Below are positions 42,395 to 50,912 of a stretch of 50,912 bases of DNA, piece after piece. The position numbers were made by a program, and so were the translations under genes. The notes below the pieces were generated by a model that did not search any database, was not told where the DNA came from, and saw only the letters and a list, made by a program, of their open reading frames with translations. The stretch covers positions 1 to 50,912 of the forward strand of contig JALAGF010006032.1 of NCBI GenBank assembly GCA_030167865.1, in the 5' to 3' direction. The DNA is from Craspedostauros australis (Eukaryota). Each line of letters opens with the position of its first letter. Position 1 is the first letter of the stretch.

Positions 42395-43918
42395 TCAGTG
42401 AACAGATGATGAAAGCTCCAATGGATGGACACACAATCGATGGGTAGTATAATAGGTAGCTCGTGGTGCAGCGTTTTTGTGGTCGCAGTTGCCGTCTTTT
42501 GCGATTGTCGGCGATCCCCTGAGCAGTGCTGAAGAGGCTGCGTCGATGGATGGAAGCGATGGATGTTCCTGTCCTTTCTCTTTGTTCGGTGCGGTTACTG
42601 TCTGCTGCCTGCTGCCTGCTTGCGGTTGCTGTGCTTCGATGGAGCGCGGTCTCGTCGGATCGATTTGCGCGCCAATTTCAATTCGTGATGAATTGGTGAC
42701 AACTAACCTGTGTCGGGAAATGGATGTGCTTGCCCGTATGGTATTATGTGTGTTGGTGTTCAGAGCGTTAGCGTTGGCGCGAGTTTGCGTGTGCGTGCGT
42801 GTGGGCTCTATGCAGATCAGCGTCACTGGGAAGTATTGGAGTGCTGTGGCTGCTGAAGTTTCCCGGAAGCTGGAGATGGAAGGACGACGCAGCGATACAC
42901 ACACAAAGTGGCAAAGATGGAAGCCGACGGTCGCGTCAAAGCAAGATTCGGATAACTCGCAGAGTGGCTGATTTTGTGAGCTGCTGAAAACAAGTGATGG
43001 TGATGACGATTGTGATGGCGGCAGAGGACGACCTCTTGGTGCTGATGCTGGTTGGTCTTGGATCGCACTTGTTGCCGTCGTAGCCAAGGATGGCTGTGTC
43101 CGTGCTCTATTCACTTGGAAGATTGTGGCAACAAGAAACGAAGCAACGCCGTCAACGGTGGTCACCCTCTCGTTGTTGCTAAGGATGCCGAAGGGGTTCC
43201 TCCCTCTTTCTCCTCTCTCCCTCTTCTCTTTCTCTTTCTCTGCCTGTCGACTTCGCTGACTTTGTCTTCTTTGTTGACTCCGTTCTCTTCGTTGTCTTTG
43301 TTGCCGACTCCGTTGCCGTTGATGTTGCTGTTGCTGTTGTGTGTACGGAACCAATATGGAAGGACTCTGGTGTGATTCTCTCGCCAAGGAAGAAGAAGAA
43401 TATCGCAGATGATTGCACTGTGGTTGATTCTGTCGTCGCAATCGCTCTCTCTCTCTCTCTCTGTTGGTCGCCTCGTTGCACCGCACCTCCACTTGCTGCC
43501 AAAGTATCGATGTGGTGTCCATGCAATCACCAGCACGCTCACTTCCGCAAAAACTCACACCAACTCCTGCACGATGGCCGATCGCATTCGAAAAGTGTTG
43601 TGGTCCTGTGTTCGTCGCGTCTTTGGCCTCCAACTCCTTCTGTTTCCGTCGTCGAAGCTCGAATCGGCTGTCGTGGCTGTCTCTCTGTCTTGCGGTCTTT
43701 TGTTGAAGGCTCTCCCCCTGGGCATGGCGTGACTCTATGTATAGCTCGTAAGCTCGTGGCACACGGCAGTGGAGTATAGTCGTCGTTAGCCGTTCCTCTG
43801 TGATGGACAGTTCCGCCTCTCCCCATCGCAAGCAAGCGAACACGCACGTCCACACTCCGCGAACAATCACATCTCTGTGGCCGAAAACGCCATTGTCGGT
43901 TGTTGGACGGTGTGCCAT
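42395..43918 (-). CDS. Doubtful 507-aa low-complexity ORF (possibly a long 5' leader or upstream exon of TPR paralogue A)
   Basis: ATG-started and stop-free for 1.5 kb, but it runs through (GA)n/(CAA)n simple repeats, has no domain and shows weak codon bias. Confidence 0.25.
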   Translation of the reverse strand: MAHRPTTDNGVFGHRDVIVRGVWTCVFACLRWGEAELSITEERLTTTILHCRVPRAYELYIESRHAQGESLQQKTARQRDSHDSRFELRRRKQKELEAKDATNTGPQHFSNAIGHRAGVGVSFCGSERAGDCMDTTSILWQQVEVRCNEATNRERERERLRRQNQPQCNHLRYSSSSLARESHQSPSILVPYTQQQQQHQRQRSRQQRQRRERSQQRRQSQRSRQAEKEKEKRERGERGRNPFGILSNNERVTTVDGVASFLVATIFQVNRARTQPSLATTATSAIQDQPASAPRGRPLPPSQSSSPSLVFSSSQNQPLCELSESCFDATVGFHLCHFVCVSLRRPSISSFRETSAATALQYFPVTLICIEPTRTHTQTRANANALNTNTHNTIRASTSISRHRLVVTNSSRIEIGAQIDPTRPRSIEAQQPQAGSRQQTVTAPNKEKGQEHPSLPSIDAASSALLRGSPTIAKDGNCDHKNAAPRATYYTTHRLCVHPLELSSSVH

Positions 43919-45985
43919 CCATGTCCCGAATCACCATTTTGCGTGACGGATGGGAATCAAATTTGTTGCCAATCCCACGTCACATACATAATTTTGGTCA
44001 CGACAGCGTCGTTGCTGGAACGCTTTGGTTCAGGCACATTTTTGTCGGTTCTTCATTTAACGTCATGACCGTCTCGTTCCTAATTTCCACGAATGGAAAT
44101 TTCCCTCGCCGATGAAAGGCAAGGCCGGCATGTCGTAGCGGACATTGTCCGGAACACACAAACAACCAAGCACACGAAAAAATGCGCGCATTTCGGGCAT
44201 CGCCATTTCACGACAGCAAGAAACCGCCGAATTGTCAAAGTCGGATCGCATCTTTGCTTATCTGTCTGTCTGTTCCTCGCAACCTTTCTCGGTGCCTTCG
44301 TCGAGCGCAAAGAAGAGGGCACGCCCCATGATTGCTGTTGCAAGTGATGCCCATCACCAAATTCGTTGATTCCATCCTCATCGTCGCCATCATTGTCGTC
44401 GAGGCAACGAGGAGTCGGGTGTCCAACAAGGTGACGCTTCTCACATGCCAAGTCGGAAGAAGGGAAATCCAAGGATGGAAGTATAGTGGGTCGCACCACC
44501 ACCAACAATGCGTGTGTGTATCTGTGTCTGTGTGTGAGCCATCGCCATCCACATGGCTGCCATGCTGTCAAGATGCGAGAACTGGATCGGTCTCATGACT
44601 CAACCGTGATACGAATGGAGATGGAAAAAACTCGTGGTGTCGTTCGCGATGACCGGGCGCCAACAAGCGACACCTTTCTCTCTCTGTGTGTGTGTGTCGG
44701 CATGAGTGGAAGCGGTGTTGCTCAGTGTGCATCTCAATTCACAACATCGCGATCGTCATCGTTGGCTTGATCGTAATTTGTGACTGATGAATATCTCGCC
44801 AAGAGCGGCAGCATCAACAGCATCAACAACAACAATAACAGCAACGACAACAACAGCATCAACAACAGCAAACGAAAAGAAAGGAGCAACGTCGATACCG
44901 TAACGAGAGGTGCAGGAAACATCGCGCAGGTTGAGAGCAGAACGACAGCCAAATCGGCCGTTTCAACGATCAGCAGTATTTTCCCGCGACAAACTCCCGC
45001 CAACACTCACAGCTTCGCGGCAAGAGAGCCAAAATCTGACTACACCAGCTGCTCATCGAGCACCCCTTGATACGCCCCGAGCACCGCGCTGGACTCCAAG
45101 AAATTTCCCGTTCAGCTCCACTCTCTCAATCACCGCGGCCATCCACACTGCGAAGGCCACTTGGAGGAAACGTCCGCATGCTCCGTGCCGGGATGTGCTG
45201 GTAGATGTGATAGGGCACTCTACGACTTCTATTATTGTGATTGAACATTGAATAGTCTGCGAAAAGCTGGTGCAACGAAAGCGCATCTCAAGCGCAACCA
45301 AAGTACCGAGTATCGTTGAATAAGATACTCCACACAAGCCCCCTGGGAGGTTGCAACATTGCATCGCGGCTTCTTCATTGGCGTCGCTGAATCGTCCCCA
45401 ATCGCAGCACCAATACGAAACGCTCCCCAAGGGCTGACTGAGCACAGAAGAGAAGGGCGGAGCACCTCGTCTGCTTGACAACTGGACTCGACCACTCGAC
45501 TACTATCGATGCTCTGCAGAGTACTCTACGATACATGCATTACAATACACACTTGCACCAGTGAGCACATACGTACTCAGCGAAAAGATCCATCGACCAA
45601 GAAAAAGTTCTTCGGGGGGCCGCGCACTCATTCATCTTGTCGTTGGCATCGTTGTTGACATCGTCGTTGACATCGTTGCTCCACTTTTCGCAGATCGCAG
45701 CTTCCGTTGAGGCCGGAGAAGTTTCCTGGAGCACGATCCTCATCACCAGAGCATCACCAATAGAGTCGACCGTCGCATAAGAGGCTCGACGATCCTCATT
45801 TGGACTCAATCGCCGCCGCCAACAGCATCGTCACGGCACGACAAGAGAAAGTCAACCAATCATCACCGCATCGCGCGGAACGTGCTTCTGCAGATCAAGT
45901 CAGTTGAGCGCGGTTGGGTTGAGTCGAATGCAATAGCACTCGATTAGTAGCGTGGAGTGACGTGCCGATCCCCTTCCACCGGAAG

Positions 45986-48535
45986 ATGCCAAGTGGCAGT
46001 ACCTCTGTCAGTCAAGGAGAAAAAGCAACCAAGAGCAAGAACAAGAATAGCGGCAAGAGCAGTAGCAAGAGCAGCAGCAAGAGCAGCAGCAAGAACAAGA
46101 GCAAGAACAGCTCCACCAAGAAGAAAAGCCGAACGCATTCATCCTGCCCTTCGCCTTCCAAAGTCTCATTGATTCCGAAACTGCCATCCAAGCACAAACT
46201 GCGAGACGACGAGTACGAACACGAACAGCTGGAGGAGCAGAAGGAACGGCAACGGAAAGCGGCACCGGCCCGTGTAACGCCAACGCACCGGCAGGTCCCT
46301 GCTTCACCGTCCTCAGACTCATCATCAGACTCAATAGAGGACTCAGACTCATCATCAGACTCATCATCAGATAAGAAACCAGCAGCAATCCCCAGAACAA
46401 CCAAACTCCCACCACCCGAGACTGCGTCAAGGCAGAGCGTCCCAAGAACGGTGACGCCACCCAGAGTCAGTATAACCAACGTCAGCACAACCAACATCAG
46501 CACAGTCAGCACAGTCAGTATAACCAACGACAGAACAACAGAAGCTGACAAGACCTCATCATTCTACATGGACGATTCCGACGACGAAGACGATTACGAC
46601 AGCGCTCACCCGAGCTTCTACTCAGAAACGCGCGGTGATCGCGATGGATCCTTCTCTGGGAGGCATGCCGCCATGGTAGCCGCTCTGCCCGTTCCCTCAG
46701 CTGCCGCCAGCAGCGCCAACTCCCACAATCAGGACCAGCAGTCCAAGGTCTTTGCTTTGTCAGCCCAGTTTCTCAAGTCCACGCTGGAGCGAGGCATCCG
46801 TGCGTGTCAGGGCAGCAGCGCCATTCCTCAGATCGATCTCGTGGGTTCCTCCTCTTCGGCTCAGTTCGGTGTCAACGTCAACACCAATGTTAACACCGAT
46901 GTTAACACCAATGACAATAACAACGACAGCAACATCAATGACGCAATGGCCAAGCCCACCATCTCAACGGCCCTCACCCTCTCGCCAACCTCAAAGGCCA
47001 AAGCGGACACGTTCGACTACGGCATGGCCGACCTGCAAGCCGCCTACGCCGTCCACTCAGGCTTCATGGCCTCCATCAAGGGCAACCCCAACTACACGCA
47101 AAGGCACCAGCTGCAGGAGTACACAGAAACGTCAGCGCGCATCCTCTACTGGATCGGCCGCTGCAACTACTGCCAGGAGGACTACAAGCAGTCCCTGCAG
47201 TACTACCAGGACTCGCTCGAGCTCTACGAGGCTACGGTCGGCAGGTACCACGGCAACACGCTGCGCACCTACCACGGCATGGGCCTCTCCTACCAGGCCA
47301 TGGGCAAGGTGGAGCTCGCCGTCATCATGTTCCGCGTCTCGGCGCGCATCCAACAGTACCTCTTCGGCCTCCTCACCGTCTCGCCCGCCATCATCCTGCT
47401 CGGCCTAGACGAGACCTCCGAGTCCTACCTCCACTCCCTCCTCTCCTTCAACGGCTTCCCGCCCTCTTCCTCCACGCCATCGGCGCACCACCACTACCAC
47501 AACGAGTGGATCGCCGACCACCGCAGGGACATGGCCAAGTCCCTGCGCTACGAGAAGACGGGCGACAAGCACCGCAGGGACGGCAACATACACGGCGCCA
47601 TCGTGGAGTACGAGAAGGCCGTCATCTTCGAGGACTCCACCTTCGGCAGCTGGAATATCAACCTATGCTTCCTCTGGAGGAAGCTCGCCTGCCTCCTCAG
47701 CATGCAGAAGCCGGATGAGGTCGAGGACGCGGAGGTCCTCATGGCCGACCTCGATCGCATCGCCCACTCATGGTCCTACGATCTGCAGGCCATTCTATGG
47801 GACGACAGCTACCGACATCTCCTCGCCGGCGACAAGCTATACACCTACCAGCAGTTCGAGGAGGCCATCGCAGAATACAGGCGAGCGGGAACCTTGCACA
47901 ACAAGCCCAGCAGCAACAACACCACCAACAATCACAACGCCTCCTTCGCATCCCAACAACCAGCAGCAACAGCGGCAGCCACCGCCCGCGTCTCCAAAAC
48001 GCGATCCGGCTCCGAAACCAAGTCCTCCAAGAAGAAGTCCAAAAGCAAACGCGACGCATCCTCGACATCCACCAAGCAGAAGAGCAACAAATCGGCCGAA
48101 ACGGATTCCAACGAAGATGCCAGCCAAGCCTCCAAGAGGAAGACGGAGTCCAAACGCAACAACGCCAGCGACTCCACGAAGCAATCCAAACGAGCCGCGA
48201 AGGCCGCCGCCGCCGCCAAGGAACGCAGCAACGCAGAACCGCCCGTGGCAATCACACCAGAACCACCCGTCGAACCACCGTCGTATATTGCCAAACGGCC
48301 CACGAGTATCGTCACGACGCCCGACGACAACAAGAAACAAATTGAAGATCAGAAACATCGTGCCTTGGAACGACGCAAACAACTTGCATCGCGACAGTCG
48401 GATAATGCCAGTATCGTGGCGCAGAGCATCAATCGCATTGTCGTAGAGCCCATGGAGGATGACGATCTCATCGGGGAAGATTTCGCATCCGGGGATAGCA
48501 GCAGTTGGATATTGCCGGCGTCGCAAGACAGATGA
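45986..48535 (+). CDS. TPR-like helical repeat protein, paralogue B, with K/S-rich disordered termini (~849 aa)
   Basis: SARILYWIGRCNYCQEDYKQSLQYYQDSLELYEATVGRYHGNTLRTYHGMGLSY; GDKHRRDGNIHGAIVEYEKAVIFEDSTFG; GDKLYTYQQFEEAIAEYRRA. Strong GC3 bias in the core. Confidence 0.87.
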   Translation: MPSGSTSVSQGEKATKSKNKNSGKSSSKSSSKSSSKNKSKNSSTKKKSRTHSSCPSPSKVSLIPKLPSKHKLRDDEYEHEQLEEQKERQRKAAPARVTPTHRQVPASPSSDSSSDSIEDSDSSSDSSSDKKPAAIPRTTKLPPPETASRQSVPRTVTPPRVSITNVSTTNISTVSTVSITNDRTTEADKTSSFYMDDSDDEDDYDSAHPSFYSETRGDRDGSFSGRHAAMVAALPVPSAAASSANSHNQDQQSKVFALSAQFLKSTLERGIRACQGSSAIPQIDLVGSSSSAQFGVNVNTNVNTDVNTNDNNNDSNINDAMAKPTISTALTLSPTSKAKADTFDYGMADLQAAYAVHSGFMASIKGNPNYTQRHQLQEYTETSARILYWIGRCNYCQEDYKQSLQYYQDSLELYEATVGRYHGNTLRTYHGMGLSYQAMGKVELAVIMFRVSARIQQYLFGLLTVSPAIILLGLDETSESYLHSLLSFNGFPPSSSTPSAHHHYHNEWIADHRRDMAKSLRYEKTGDKHRRDGNIHGAIVEYEKAVIFEDSTFGSWNINLCFLWRKLACLLSMQKPDEVEDAEVLMADLDRIAHSWSYDLQAILWDDSYRHLLAGDKLYTYQQFEEAIAEYRRAGTLHNKPSSNNTTNNHNASFASQQPAATAAATARVSKTRSGSETKSSKKKSKSKRDASSTSTKQKSNKSAETDSNEDASQASKRKTESKRNNASDSTKQSKRAAKAAAAAKERSNAEPPVAITPEPPVEPPSYIAKRPTSIVTTPDDNKKQIEDQKHRALERRKQLASRQSDNASIVAQSINRIVVEPMEDDDLIGEDFASGDSSSWILPASQDR

Positions 48536-48955
48536 CGATGTTCAGCTATTATATCAGGATGATGGTGAGGATCATCATCATCTCATGTGAGACCATGTTT
48601 CGTGTATTCGTACATGTAATACCATATTAGGATAGTAGAGTGCATGCTCGTGCGAGACCAAACAAACGAAAAGGAAGCAACACGCTACAATACATAATTC
48701 ATACGTACGATATACATATAATACATATGATGCGTCTACTCCACATCTTCCATTCCACTCTACTCTTCATGTGGTCATTCGACATCGACCGAGGATTTTG
48801 CTATGTGTTCAGCACATGAGCACGTGCTTCATTCGGCAGCAGAGCAGTGAAGCGTTGCAATACTCGTATATATAACATCATATAGTAAAATGTAATACAA
48901 CATAATATTGTATAATATTATTGGAGAGTAGAGCAGAGCGCAGTCAAGAAACTCT

Positions 48956-49879
48956 TCATCCGCCAACGCGGTCCGTCTTCCATTGCATCGCCGCATCCTG
49001 CACCATGACGCAAACGAAGAAGGCACCGCACAATCTCACGGTTCGTGGCACAACCCCACGATACAAGCTCGCCACGCCACCCTGCTCCAGCAGCTTCCCA
49101 AATGACTGCCGCGCTGTCTTCCAACGATGTCGATCCATGTCGGATTGCAGCACGGTCTTGACAGTGTCGATGGGATGCGTCACCAAGGCCGCTGCCGTAC
49201 CTGCCAAACAAGCCCCGCACACCTTGGCCAGCAAGGGATCGATGGATTGATTCGTCGCGCGGATGAGCCTGTGCGTCACGACGGGGGCCAGTCCCAGGTA
49301 TCCCGCCGTGTAGATGGCCTCGCGGCTGGCGCATGTGAGGAAACCGCGGTAAAGACCGGCCATGCCGTACATCTGGGTGATGGAACCGATGGTCCCCACG
49401 AGGCTGAGCTGCAGACGCTGTTGTTGGATGGTCAACAAATCGACGGGGCTGTAGAGGACGGCGCTGATGAATCCCGCTCCGGCGGCAGTGCCAATGCGTT
49501 GCGTGTCGGTCAGAGGCGACGCCGCGGCGGTGGATACGTACGAACCCAGCACGAGGCGCTGCAGCAGGCCGTTGGCCATGAATTGGAGCGCCGTGATGGG
49601 TGCCACCGTTCCGGCTTGGACTCCCACACCGCGGTACCAACCTCCCAAGGTGGAGGGAAGCTGGCGACCCTCTTGCAGGCAGAACTTGTACGTGAGGATG
49701 GGCATCTGAAGGCACGTCTCCAAGGCACCTCCGAACGCACCAGCAGCCAGATTCTCCATGGGCGTCAAATGGACAGCTTCGGTGAGCGTCGCGCCTTCAT
49801 CGTGTTGGATGCCGAAACCATCGTCTTCGACAGTGCTCTTGCCATCGCTTGGCAAGACGGCCTTCTTCAATTCCATCAT
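48956..49879 (-). CDS. Mitochondrial carrier family (SLC25) protein (~307 aa)
   Basis: Three ~100-aa repeats: NLAAGAFGG...PILTYK...GWYRG; TAAGAGFIS...PVDLLTIQQQ...GLYRG; CLAGTAAALVTHPIDTVKTVLQ...SLYRGVVPR. First in-frame ATG is at 49879. Confidence 0.92.
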   Translation of the reverse strand: MMELKKAVLPSDGKSTVEDDGFGIQHDEGATLTEAVHLTPMENLAAGAFGGALETCLQMPILTYKFCLQEGRQLPSTLGGWYRGVGVQAGTVAPITALQFMANGLLQRLVLGSYVSTAAASPLTDTQRIGTAAGAGFISAVLYSPVDLLTIQQQRLQLSLVGTIGSITQMYGMAGLYRGFLTCASREAIYTAGYLGLAPVVTHRLIRATNQSIDPLLAKVCGACLAGTAAALVTHPIDTVKTVLQSDMDRHRWKTARQSFGKLLEQGGVASLYRGVVPRTVRLCGAFFVCVMVQDAAMQWKTDRVGG

Positions 49880-50804
49880 CGTTGTGGGATGCTGCGAGTG
49901 CGACCTTGCGATGTGACTGGAGAAATGTGCGGACACCTAGAGAGAAAGGATGGACGAGAAGATGGCAGTCCTGTGCTCCTTGATGCCTGCTGCAGAAAGA
50001 TTGCTGCAGGACAACGATAGACTGGCGTGACCTTGAGCTTCAGCTTGAGCTTGACCTTGGCCTGATCTGATCTGATAATCGATGATCTCGCCCTGGCTTG
50101 ACCCTTCTTGATTGATGACAGAAGTGCTCGTGCGAGTGCTTATCAATGTGCGAGCACCTTACGAATACTGCGATGAAGATTGCGCGCGCATCTGCGTTCT
50201 GGTACCTGTGCGCGCGGATACAGACAGACGAGAAAACAAGGCAGGATGGCCCACTTGTGAGATTCTCCTCTCTCTCTGATCCCCCACACGCAGAAAGAAG
50301 GAGGCTGGATCCAAACAACCCGCACGAGAGAGGCAGCAGGAAGGCGTCGTGATGTGCGTTCTGTCCCTCTCTTCTCTCTGTGTGGCCTTTCTTCTTTCGT
50401 TCGTTCTTTCCTTTGTTGTTCTTTGTTGACATCGTTCGTATTTGTTCAATGATGACGTTGCCCACCCAATCACGGTTTAAAGATACCATTTCTTCACAGC
50501 GACCAACACGCATCCGTGAATCTTTCTCCTGTGCACAGCGAGACACAGACACAGAACGAGAGGGAGAGCGCGCTTCATGATAGAACACAGACAACAATGG
50601 GTACTTACTTCGAGATTGGGAGTGATCAGGTCCGTCAAATGAAGTAGAGTGAAGATGTTGGTAGTTGTCAGTGTGCTCTGAGTGGTTAATTGATGTTAAG
50701 ATGATGTAAGCTGGCCCAATTCAGAACTGTTGGAGTCTGAATTGTGAGCAGATGGAGATGAAATGATGAAAATGATGATGAGGCAACATGTGTTGCAACA
50801 CACA

Positions 50805-50860
50805 GCAGAGCATGAAGTGCAGTGCATGAATTGCAGTGCATGAAGTGCAGAGCATGAAGG
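50805..50860. repeat. 14-bp tandem repeat GCAG(A/T)GCATGAA(G/T)(T/G) x4
   Basis: gcagagcatgaagt gcagtgcatgaatt gcagtgcatgaagt gcagagcatgaagg. Confidence 0.88.
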
Positions 50861-50912
50861 TGTTGTCGAGTTTGCAAGACTGAGGAGGTTCATGGCGCCT
50901 CCAATACTGATC

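Noticed and set aside
44780..45070. Asn-rich 96-aa ORF as a gene or first exon of TPR paralogue B
   Set aside because: It has a GTG start, is built on a (CAA)n microsatellite, and I found no convincing splice route to 45986.
49127..50020. 297-aa plus-strand ORF
   Set aside because: Antisense shadow of the SLC25 gene.
1..50912. tRNA, rRNA, LTR/TIR transposons, prokaryotic operon or defence systems
   Set aside because: No cloverleaf, rRNA signature, RT/integrase/transposase motifs or terminal repeats were seen by eye. A covariance-model or repeat-library scan could still find small or decayed elements.

Overview
Gene-dense eukaryotic nuclear DNA, almost certainly from a diatom or related ochrophyte. 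The evidence is GT-AG introns, bipartite signal + 'ASAFAP'-type plastid presequences, and a diatom-style membrane cyclase-phosphodiesterase fusion. About 13 protein genes are supportable, in order: (1) the 3' part of a large acidic, Cys-rich repetitive extracellular protein with an exact 386-bp internal duplication; (2) an ankyrin-repeat DHYC palmitoyltransferase (2 exons); (3) a PhyH-family 2-oxoglutarate/Fe dioxygenase; (4) a Ser/Pro-rich disordered protein; (5) a membrane-anchored torsin-like AAA+ protein with degenerate Walker motifs (2 exons); (6) a receptor-type guanylate cyclase/PDE fusion (2 exons); (7) a plastid-targeted acetyl-CoA synthetase; (8) a DUF2061 membrane protein; (9) plastid dihydrolipoamide dehydrogenase (3 exons); (10) a 3021-aa protein with about 44 IQ motifs; (11, 12) two head-to-head paralogous TPR-like genes; (13) an SLC25 mitochondrial carrier. 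No rRNA, tRNA, CRISPR array or recognisable transposon was seen. The most notable features are the LAP1/LULL1-like torsin pseudo-ATPase, the modular cell-surface protein, the divergent TPR paralogue pair, and short tandem arrays just upstream of several genes. All family calls come from motif recognition by eye; no database searches were run.
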